Program-made: the position numbers and the translations under genes
Assembly (NCBI GenBank): GCA_050012155.1
Contig: JBEKHS010000005.1
Coordinates: 21,117-85,116 of the forward strand
DNA length: 64,000 nt
Source: Candidatus Sulfotelmatobacter sp.
Lineage (GTDB): Bacteria > Acidobacteriota > Terriglobia > Terriglobales > Acidobacteriaceae
Reading direction: 5' to 3'
The notes under the pieces: generated by a model
Told to the model about the DNA's origin: nothing
Database searches by the model: none
What the model saw: the letters and a program-made list of their open reading frames with translations, nothing else
In this document: piece after piece, positions 55,504 through 64,000 of the stretch
Layout of the letters: each line of letters begins with the position of its first letter
Numbering within the stretch: position 1 is the stretch's first letter

Positions 55504-55701
55504 TTAATTCAGCGGAGCAACGGAGGGGTCGCTCAAAGCAATCAACTTGCCCAGCGGATAGTCTTCTTGCGTGAGGGGAGTCTCGGGCTCGGAATTGAGA
55601 ATGGTCAGCACATCGCCGCTGTGGACTCCGCGCAGGAGCAGTCGATCCCCCTCGATGCCAACGACTCGATACTTCTCGTCGAAGATCTCACTTTTCCCCA
55701 T
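55504..55701 (-). CDS. Small hypothetical protein
   Basis: 65-aa ORF in an intergenic gap with a weak RBS. Confidence 0.35.
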   Translation of the reverse strand: MGKSEIFDEKYRVVGIEGDRLLLRGVHSGDVLTILNSEPETPLTQEDYPLGKLIALSDPSVAPLN

Positions 55702-55811
55702 GGCCTTTGGATGCCAAGTCCCACCTCAACGATGCCAGCCTTCTCGCGGGAACGCAACCAAGCATTTAGAATGAAGCACCTGCGCTTTCCCAAATCTGAA
55801 AGGCACCCAAA

Positions 55812-56732
55812 TTGAAACGAACCCGCTCTCGGAAATCTGCTCTTTCCCAGCTGCGCACCGAACAGTCCAATGCGTCTGCTCATGACCTCGACTGTAAATC
55901 CTCGTTGGAAATTGCTCGCCTAATCAATAGCGAAGATGCGACCGTAGCCGGCGCCGTCGCCCGCGTTCTGCCGCAAATCGCCCGCGCTATCGATCTCGTC
56001 GCCGCCGCTCTTCGGCGCGGAGGACGCCTCATCTACGTCGGCGCAGGCACCAGCGGACGGCTCGCCGCCCTCGACGCCGTCGAGTGCCAGCCGACTTTCA
56101 ATACCGATCGTGTTCAGTTCATCATCGCCGGAGGCGCCAAGGCTCTAGCCTCCGCGTCCGAAGTCAGCGAAGACGATGTCAAAGCCGGACGCGAAGAAAT
56201 GTCCCGACGCAAACCAACCAAGCATGACGTGATCCTCGGCATCGCCTCCAGTGGACGCACTCCCTTCACCGTCGCCGCCGTTTCCGAAGCTCGCCGCCGC
56301 GGCGCCCGCACCATCGCTCTCACTTGCAATCCCAACTCTCCACTCGAGCGCACCGCGCACTTCGCCATCGTTACCCAAGTTGGTCCCGAAGTCCTCGCCG
56401 GATCGTCCCGCATGAAGGCCGGTACTGCCCATAAGATGGTGCTCAACATGATCTCCACTGCAGCCATGACTCGCCTCGGCTACGTTTATGGCAACCTGAT
56501 GGTCAACGTCGCCCCGAAAAACTCCAAACTGCTCGAGCGCGCCATAAGAATTCTCGAACAAGCCACTGGAGCCGACCGCGAATCCGCAGCAGGCGCTCTA
56601 ACGGCCTCCGGCAATCGCACCCCCGTCGCGTTAGTAATGCTGGCCGCCAATTTGACCCGAAGGAAGGCAACCGCCGCTCTGAAGGAAGCAAAAAATAACG
56701 TCCGCCAGGCAATCACATTGGCGGCGAAATAA
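55812..56732 (+). CDS. murQ: N-acetylmuramic acid 6-phosphate etherase
   Basis: SIS-domain motifs LIYVGAGTSGRLAALDAVECQPTF and SRMKAGTAHKMVLNMIST. Confidence 0.9.
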   Translation: MKRTRSRKSALSQLRTEQSNASAHDLDCKSSLEIARLINSEDATVAGAVARVLPQIARAIDLVAAALRRGGRLIYVGAGTSGRLAALDAVECQPTFNTDRVQFIIAGGAKALASASEVSEDDVKAGREEMSRRKPTKHDVILGIASSGRTPFTVAAVSEARRRGARTIALTCNPNSPLERTAHFAIVTQVGPEVLAGSSRMKAGTAHKMVLNMISTAAMTRLGYVYGNLMVNVAPKNSKLLERAIRILEQATGADRESAAGALTASGNRTPVALVMLAANLTRRKATAALKEAKNNVRQAITLAAK

Positions 56733-56883
56733 TCACCCTTGCAAAATCCTGCATATTGCGCGGGCACTGCGATTTCAGTATTCTTCTCCCGCCTCCCCAA
56801 AGGTTCTGCTCCGCAGCACCGGGCCCCTTCGTCTGATCGGCAAGTCCGTGCACGCCAAATTTTCGTTGAGGAGAACCCCGCCC

Positions 56884-58302
56884 ATGCCGCACTCTACCAT
56901 CGCCCGCAGCACTCACCGCCCCCTGGCAATCGGCATCGCAGCTACAGCTTTGCTCTGCCTCGCCACCGTGTCCGCTTCCGCGCAGACCGAGACCGTGCTC
57001 TACAGCTTTCAGCCCACCAACGATATTTCGTCATCCTATTCTTCGTTGGTGTCTGATAGCGTAGGTAATCTCTACGGCACTGCGCTTTCTGGCGGCTCCG
57101 GATGCGCCCAATCCAATTGCGGAGGCGTCTTCCGCCTGTCTCCGCCCACCGCCCCAGGAGGCTCATGGACCGAAACTATCCTTTACAATTTCGGATCAAT
57201 TCTCAATGACGGTGTCGCTCCTCGCGGCGCGCTTGCCGTGGACCAGCATGGCAATCTCTATGGCATCACGAGTGGCGGTGGAACCTACGGCTACGGAACA
57301 GTCTTTGAATTGTCGCCACCTGCAAACCCCACCGGTGCCTGGACTGAATCGATTCTGTACAACTTCAAGCTCGGCACGGCCGACGGCAGCAGCCCCGTCG
57401 GAGGCGTCGCCATTGACGCAAACGGCAATCTCTTCGGAACCACTACGTCAGGCGGCCCCGGATATTGCTACGGCTATCCCGGTGCCTGCGGCACAGCCTT
57501 TGAACTCTCGCCTCCGCCAAAAAAGGGCGCTCCATGGAAGCGCACAATTATTCATGCCTTCGGCAGCGGCTCCGATGGTTCTTATCCGTGGTCGGCGCCC
57601 GTAGTGGGGGCGGGCGGCGTTCTCTACGGTACTACGGCAGGAGGCGGTATTTTTTCCTGCGGTCTCGATGGTGAGCCCCAGGGTTGCGGTGTTGTCTACC
57701 AGTTAACCCCTCCGGCGTCCGCTGGCGAAAAATGGACAGAGTCGATTTACAGATTGCCCTCCGAGCTAGCTGGCGCAATGTTTCTGGGCGGCGTGGTTCA
57801 AGGCCGTAAGGGCTTCTTATATGCCTCCATTTATGCGGGCGGCCCAGGAGAAAACTGCCTGGACACCACATCCTTCCCCATCGGATGCGGAGGGATTCTC
57901 GAACTGGCTCCTCCCGCTCCGGGAAACAGCAAGTGGCACGTCAGCACCATCTACACCTTCACCGGCCTTACCGATGGAGCTTTCCCCCTGGCCTCGCTCA
58001 CCATCGACAGTTCAGGAAATCTGTATGGAACAACCGGCTCCGGAGGCGGACTCGGCAATTGCACTGGCGCAGTTTTCGCCTACGCCACAGGCTGTGGCAC
58101 GGTTTTCAAACTCACGCGTCCAAGCTCGCCGGGGGGCCCTTGGACGGAAACCACCCTCCATGATTTCTCGGGCGGCAGCGATGGCCTCCAACCCTGGGGA
58201 ACCCTGCTGCTTAGCGGAGGCGTACTTTACGGCACCACTCCCTGGGGCGGTTACAACAACGGCATCAATGGTCTCGGAACCGTTTATAGCGTGGTTCCGT
58301 AG
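56884..58302 (+). CDS. GloVer (choice-of-anchor tandem repeat) protein, secreted
   Basis: Signal peptide. About 7 repeats of LY.F...DG..P.G.L..D..GNLYGTT..GG..G.GTVFEL. Confidence 0.8.
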   Translation: MPHSTIARSTHRPLAIGIAATALLCLATVSASAQTETVLYSFQPTNDISSSYSSLVSDSVGNLYGTALSGGSGCAQSNCGGVFRLSPPTAPGGSWTETILYNFGSILNDGVAPRGALAVDQHGNLYGITSGGGTYGYGTVFELSPPANPTGAWTESILYNFKLGTADGSSPVGGVAIDANGNLFGTTTSGGPGYCYGYPGACGTAFELSPPPKKGAPWKRTIIHAFGSGSDGSYPWSAPVVGAGGVLYGTTAGGGIFSCGLDGEPQGCGVVYQLTPPASAGEKWTESIYRLPSELAGAMFLGGVVQGRKGFLYASIYAGGPGENCLDTTSFPIGCGGILELAPPAPGNSKWHVSTIYTFTGLTDGAFPLASLTIDSSGNLYGTTGSGGGLGNCTGAVFAYATGCGTVFKLTRPSSPGGPWTETTLHDFSGGSDGLQPWGTLLLSGGVLYGTTPWGGYNNGINGLGTVYSVVP

Positions 58303-58320
58303 TCTCCACAAAATCGGATG

Positions 58321-58362
58321 CCCCATTTCTCGCGCGTTCCCTCGCGAGAAGTGGGGATTTTG
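58321..58362 (+). terminator. Intrinsic terminator after the GloVer gene
   Basis: CCCCATTTCTCGCG-cgttccct-CGCGAGAAGTGGGG followed by ATTTTG. Confidence 0.6.
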
Positions 58363-58469
58363 ACCTTCGTTCCAACCGACGCTCCGCACTAGAAATATCC
58401 TGGACCAGCATTTCCATCTGGCATATACTATTGTATATGCCAAAGCCGTCCACCTCCAGCCAGTCAACC

Positions 58470-58697
58470 ATGCAACGTAAAGCGAAAATTTTCATGAATA
58501 ATCGGAGCCAGGCCGTACGCTTGCCCAAGGACTTCCAGTTCAAAACCGAGGAAGTCTTCATCCGCAAGGAAGGCAGCGACGTAGTTTTGTCACCTCGCCC
58601 GGCCGATTGGTCGTCCTACCTGGCCGAGGGCCCAGTGGCTTCGGCGTCCTTCATGGAAGGCGTCGAAGACCTGCCGCCACAAGAGCGCGAGCCCTGA
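58470..58697 (+). CDS. vapB: VapB antitoxin (AbrB/MazE/SpoVT fold)
   Basis: KAKIFMNNRSQAVRLPKDFQF is the classic VapB/AbrB N-terminus. Confidence 0.8.
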   Translation: MQRKAKIFMNNRSQAVRLPKDFQFKTEEVFIRKEGSDVVLSPRPADWSSYLAEGPVASASFMEGVEDLPPQEREP

Positions 58698-59107
58698 TGC
58701 CGCGCTACATGCTCGACACCGACACCTGTTCCTACATCATGCGTCGTTCGCACGACGCGGTTCTAAGACGGCTCGCGAAGGTCCCCGTCAGCGACGTGTG
58801 CATTTCAGTGATCTCAAAGTCAGAACTCTTGTACGGGGTCGAAGTGTCCCCAAAGCCCCGGCAGGATGAAGCGGCGCTCGACGCTTTTCTGCGCCATGTT
58901 GAGGTTCTGGATTTCCCCGACGAGGCGGCTTCCCATTACGCTAAGATTCGCGCTGACCTGAAAGCGCGTGGCACGATGATCGGAGCCAACGATCTGCTGA
59001 TCGCCGCCCACGCTCGCAGCGCGTGCCTGACCCTGATCACCAACAACACCCGAGAATTTCGGCGAGTGTGCGAGTTATCGATCGAAAATTGGACAACGGG
59101 TGCTTAA
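58697..59107 (+). CDS. vapC: VapC PIN-domain ribonuclease toxin
   Basis: YMLDTDTCSY ... IGANDLLIAAHA ... LITNNTREF carry the PIN acidic residues. The ATG overlaps the vapB TGA (TGATG). Confidence 0.85.
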   Translation: MPRYMLDTDTCSYIMRRSHDAVLRRLAKVPVSDVCISVISKSELLYGVEVSPKPRQDEAALDAFLRHVEVLDFPDEAASHYAKIRADLKARGTMIGANDLLIAAHARSACLTLITNNTREFRRVCELSIENWTTGA

Positions 59108-59112
59108 CAAGT

Positions 59113-59163
59113 GTCGTCATTCCAACACACGAGCGCAGCGAGCGCGGAGGAATCTGCTTCTCG
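59113..59163. repeat. REP-like palindromic element (GTCATTCC ... GGAATC family)
   Basis: ATTCC/GGAAT outer pairing around a GC-rich core (GAGCGCAGCGAGCGCGGA). Intergenic between vapC and murA. Confidence 0.45.
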
Positions 59164-59260
59164 TAGTGTGAATCCGTATCCACTAGTCCGTACCCTCCCG
59201 ATTACTCATCCCGCTACGATTCCCCGCTAAAATAAGCATTCACCAGCGACTCATCTCATC

Positions 59261-60535
<1,275 letters not shown>

Positions 60536-60625
60536 GAACCAACAAAACCAAAGTCAAAGGCAGCGGACAGGTGTGTCGCTCTACACTACCCCTTTTGACT
60601 TTGGAAGGAAGTAAGTCCAGCAGAG

Positions 60626-60657
60626 AAAAAGAGCGCGGGCGGAATTCGCCCACGCCC
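60626..60657 (-). terminator. Intrinsic terminator after the aldolase gene
   Basis: Minus strand reads GCGTGGGCG-aattc-CGCCCGCGC followed by TCTTTTTCTC. Confidence 0.55.
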
Positions 60658-60675
60658 CCGAAAGACTCTTGAAAT

Positions 60676-61683
60676 CTACGCCCCGACCAGCGCCGGCTCC
60701 ACTCCGTAAATCGAAAACCAGGAAGTAGCCGCTTTCAATTTGCTGTTTACGTTATTGATGTTCTTTACGCCTTCCGTCTCAAGCCACGAACGAAACGCCG
60801 CCGCGCCCAGCTTCGCATAAATCGGGATTCCATCTTTCCACGTCGCCCGCCCGCACAGAACGCCGTTGAACTTCACTCCCGACTCTCCTGCCAGCTCCAG
60901 CGTCTCGCTGAACTCCGCGTTGCTCACGCCGGCCGAAAGATAAATGAAAGGCTTGGTTGCCACATTTGCCGCCGTATGGAAAAACTCAATCGCTTCTTTC
61001 TTCGTGTAAGCTTTTTGCCCGCCGAAGCACTTCACGCCCTCCACAAACTTCATGTTCACCGGCACCTCGACCTTCAATACGTCCACGCCATAGCGGTCTT
61101 TGGTGAACTCGCGCATGCTTTCCGTAACAATCTGCGGCTTTTTCTTCGCGTAATCCAATCCCTTCTCGTCCGCGCCTTCTTCATATCCCACGAACTCCAG
61201 GAAGTACGGAATATCGTTGGCCCGGCACTCGTCGCCAATGCGTTCCACCCACGCGTGCTTCTTGTCGTTCACGTCTTTGGGATCGAACGGCGAGTAGTAA
61301 AGCAGAATCTTCACGCAATCCGCGCCCGCTTCCTTCAATCGCCGCGCCGACCAATGATCCAGCAAATCCCCCAACCGCCCCGGACCTGTCTTATCGTATC
61401 CCGTCTTTTCATAGGCCAGCAGCAGCCCGGCGTTCTTGGCGCGCCGCTTCGACGCCGGCAATCCCCACTCTGGATCGAGCAGGATGGCGCTGGCATGTGG
61501 CGTCAGCACCTCAGTAACCAGCGTCTTGAATTCCTCCATCATGGCGCCGCTGACTTCGCCGCCCTTTTCTTTTCCCAACGATTTCTGTAACGACCCGCGC
61601 TGATCCATCGCGGCGGCGGCAATCACACCGCGTTCGTTCGAGACTTTTCTGAGACCCGCAAGTTTTCCTGGAGTAAGTTTCAT
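60676..61683 (-). CDS. Tagatose-1,6-bisphosphate aldolase-family (LacD-like) class I aldolase
   Basis: VIAAAAMDQRGSL ... CVKILLYY ... VLKVEVP ... YLSAGVS follow the LacD-family pattern. Confidence 0.8.
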   Translation of the reverse strand: MKLTPGKLAGLRKVSNERGVIAAAAMDQRGSLQKSLGKEKGGEVSGAMMEEFKTLVTEVLTPHASAILLDPEWGLPASKRRAKNAGLLLAYEKTGYDKTGPGRLGDLLDHWSARRLKEAGADCVKILLYYSPFDPKDVNDKKHAWVERIGDECRANDIPYFLEFVGYEEGADEKGLDYAKKKPQIVTESMREFTKDRYGVDVLKVEVPVNMKFVEGVKCFGGQKAYTKKEAIEFFHTAANVATKPFIYLSAGVSNAEFSETLELAGESGVKFNGVLCGRATWKDGIPIYAKLGAAAFRSWLETEGVKNINNVNSKLKAATSWFSIYGVEPALVGA

Positions 61684-61929
61684 ACGATTCCTCCGAATCA
61701 GTACCGAAAAGATGAGTGCTTTGAAACAGTCAATTGTAAACCAAGGGCCGGGGAATCCGGCCTCCCCGGTTGGGCAGGAGGTGTCTTGTTAGGACATTAC
61801 GGTTGGACAAGCTAGCGACGAACCTCTTAAGGACGAACCTTGCTTTCCGAGAAATTCCCGCTAACCTTCGTCCCTTACGCTAGTCGAACTAAAGCAGCAG
61901 GAGTGAATTCGGATCCGGCTGAACCAACT

Positions 61930-63186
61930 ATGCGCATGCTACTGGATATCTTCGGCCAGACCTTGCGCACCCTCTGGGCGCACAAGCTGCGATCGTTCCT
62001 CACGATGTTTGGCATCGCCTGGGGCGTAGGGTCCCTCCTGCTCCTGGCCGGTGTAGGCGAAGGCTTCCGCAACGGCAACCGCCGCCAACTCGAGACCTTT
62101 GGCAAGAACATTATTTTCTTTTATGGTGGCCGCGCCCCCGCCGTCGAGGGCAGCTTTACCTCGATGAAGTGGTTCAACCTCACCTATGACGACTATGTCG
62201 CGATCAAAAACGAATCGAAGCTCGCCATAAACGTTGCACCGCTGATCGCGCGCGACGACATCCGCGCCGTCAGCGACTACACCAGCACCAACGGCCAAGT
62301 CAGCGGCGTTCCTCCGGTCTTCAATCAAGTCCGCACCATTCCCCTTCAGGTCGGCCGCTGGATCAACGATGAAGACAACGATCAGCGACGCCGCGTCTGC
62401 GTTCTCGGCCGTGAAATGACTCGCAACCTGTTCCCCGGACGTCCCGCTGTAGGCAACACGATACTGCTTAACGGCGTTCACTTCGAAGTGATCGGCATGC
62501 TCTCCATGATCGGCAATGAAGAGCAGAACTCGACCAACATTCGCATCTTCGTGCCGTTCAACACCATGCGCGAGCTCTTCCCGCTCAAGGGCGACGACTC
62601 GAAAGATGGCAACGCGATTTCCTTTATCAACTATCAGCCCCGTAGCTTCGATGAAAATGAAACCGCCAAGGCAGAACTTCACCGCATCGTGGCGCGTAAC
62701 CACGGCGGCTTCGATCCCACTGGTAAAGACATTTGGGAAGAGTGGGACACAGTCAAGAACCAGAAAACCATGGGCAAGATCTTCACCGCCATGGATTGGT
62801 TCCTCGGCGGCGTAGGCCTGATCACGCTGGCCCTGGGCGCCATCGGCATCATCAACATCATGCTTGTCGCAGTGACCGAGCGCACCCGCGAGATTGGATT
62901 GCGCAAAGCTCTCGGCGCAACCAACCGCAACATTTTGTTTCAATTTTTCCTGGAAGGCGCTTTCCTTACGCTGATGAGCGGAGCGCTCGGAGTTGGAGCA
63001 GCGATGCTCGTCGTCCATCTGCTCTCCGGGGTGAATCTCCCGCAGGGTTTCGACACGCCGCGCATTGTTCCGCTTTCGGCCGTCGGCGCGGTGCTCTCAT
63101 TGGCGCTGGCTGGCATCACGGCCGGCCTTTATCCGGCCCGCAAGGCCGCGATGCTCGAACCAGTAGAGGCTCTGCGCCAGGAATGA
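61930..63186 (+). CDS. ABC transporter permease (MacB/FtsX-type)
   Basis: LRSFLTMFGIAWGVGSLL N-terminus (MacB_PCD). C-terminal FtsX motif ERTREIGLRKALGA. Confidence 0.85.
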   Translation: MRMLLDIFGQTLRTLWAHKLRSFLTMFGIAWGVGSLLLLAGVGEGFRNGNRRQLETFGKNIIFFYGGRAPAVEGSFTSMKWFNLTYDDYVAIKNESKLAINVAPLIARDDIRAVSDYTSTNGQVSGVPPVFNQVRTIPLQVGRWINDEDNDQRRRVCVLGREMTRNLFPGRPAVGNTILLNGVHFEVIGMLSMIGNEEQNSTNIRIFVPFNTMRELFPLKGDDSKDGNAISFINYQPRSFDENETAKAELHRIVARNHGGFDPTGKDIWEEWDTVKNQKTMGKIFTAMDWFLGGVGLITLALGAIGIINIMLVAVTERTREIGLRKALGATNRNILFQFFLEGAFLTLMSGALGVGAAMLVVHLLSGVNLPQGFDTPRIVPLSAVGAVLSLALAGITAGLYPARKAAMLEPVEALRQE

Positions 63187-63216
63187 GTCGCCAGAAGTAA
63201 TTTGCAAGGAGTAACT

Positions 63217-64000
63217 ATGACCCGCGATCTGCTGAAGGAAGCTATTGGCGCAATGCGGTACAATCGCCGCCGCACCGCGCTCACCATGCTAGGCATGGCC
63301 TGGGGCATTGCCACAGTCGTAATTCTTCTGGCCTTTGGATCGGGCTTCGAGCGCGCCATCGGGATCATCTTCAGCTCCTGGGGCACGGACGTAATCGGCG
63401 CCTTCCCCGGCCGTACCTCGCTGCAAGCTGGAGGCGCAAAAGCGGGCAGCGAAGTCCGCCTTCAGATTGCCGACGTCGACTACATCCGCAACGAAGTTCC
63501 CATGGTCAAGGGCGTCACTCCCATCTTCGACAAGTACAGCGGCGTGACCATCCAGCATGACACTCGTATCTTCACCAATCTCTTTATCACCGGTGTCTAT
63601 CCCGTGTACGAACGCATCCGTGGATTCTCAGTCGCCACGGGCCGCGGCCTCAGCGAAGAAGATCAACTCCAGCGCGCCCGCGTAGCCGTCATCGGCGACG
63701 AAGCCAGACGCCGCCTTTTCTCCGGCGAACAACCGCTCGGACAATCCATCCGCATCAATGGCCTCAGCTTTGAAGTTGTAGGCGTCTACGAACGCAAGGT
63801 CCAGGACGGCGACAACAACGACAACAGCTTTGTCGTCATCCCCTTCAGCACCATGGGAGATCTCTACGACACCAAATACATCTCCGGAATCTTTATGGAT
63901 TACGAAGGCGAGAACCATCAGCAACTGACACGCGTGGTTCGCGCCGTGTTAGCCGGACACCACAACTTCCGCCCCGACGATCGCCGCGCCGTCTTCATGG
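63217..64000 (+). CDS. ABC transporter permease (MacB/FtsX-type), 3' end outside the window
   Basis: AAGGAG precedes the ATG at 63217. RRTALTMLGMAWGIATVVILLAFG. The frame stays open to the end of the window and is absent from the ORF track because it has no stop. Confidence 0.8.
   Translation, partial: MTRDLLKEAIGAMRYNRRRTALTMLGMAWGIATVVILLAFGSGFERAIGIIFSSWGTDVIGAFPGRTSLQAGGAKAGSEVRLQIADVDYIRNEVPMVKGVTPIFDKYSGVTIQHDTRIFTNLFITGVYPVYERIRGFSVATGRGLSEEDQLQRARVAVIGDEARRRLFSGEQPLGQSIRINGLSFEVVGVYERKVQDGDNNDNSFVVIPFSTMGDLYDTKYISGIFMDYEGENHQQLTRVVRAVLAGHHNFRPDDRRAVFM

Noticed and set aside
61939-63018. 359-aa minus-strand ORF inside the MacB-type permease gene
   Set aside because: It is antisense to a clear FtsX/MacB permease and has no motifs of its own.

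Overview
GC-rich bacterial chromosome segment with tightly packed genes. The gene content suggests Acidobacteriota: a CarboxypepD_reg-type TonB-dependent receptor, SBBP-repeat and GloVer-repeat surface proteins, many TPR proteins and a Ser/Thr kinase with TPR repeats. This assignment is inference only.

Most of the window is housekeeping: pyrF, rlpA, thiD, aroA, thrC-thrB, murQ, murA, an Fpg/Nei glycosylase, a ClC channel, an APC permease, an ECF sigma/RskA pair and MacB-type permeases. I found no rRNA, tRNA, CRISPR array, transposase or integrase.

The parts worth a second look are:
- **Translation-stress operon (2.1-5.4 kb).** A ribosome-hibernation (HPF/S30AE) domain is fused to an ECF-sigma-like module. 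It is co-operonic with a bacterial eRF1/Pelota-like (baeRF) protein, sits next to a Crp/Fnr regulator and has an FNR-format inverted repeat upstream.
- **Amide-ligase operon (41.5-47.7 kb).** About seven genes on one strand encode three different ATP-dependent amide ligases (GspS-like ATP-grasp, GCS2 carboxylate-amine ligase, RimK-like ATP-grasp). They sit with an M29 aminopeptidase, an esterase, an NTF2-like protein and a small membrane protein.
- **HEPN pair (14.1-14.9 kb).** A HEPN gene is directly abutted to an unrecognisable partner that is not a minimal nucleotidyltransferase (MNT).
- **Shared surface-protein tail.** Two adjacent surface proteins share a C-terminal cassette: a transmembrane (TM) helix, a basic patch, a lipoprotein-like signal with Cys, then a terminal Ig-like domain.
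- **Toxin-antitoxin (TA) modules.** An accessory left edge carries a HEPN fragment, BrnT/BrnA and a Cys-rich orphan. A VapBC module lies further right.
- **Non-coding structure.** There are two families of REP-like (repetitive extragenic palindrome) hairpin repeats. An AT-rich, ORF-free 400-bp divergent promoter region upstream of thiD carries a reiterated GTTACRTG motif.

All functional calls come from reading the translated ORFs by eye. No database search was run.
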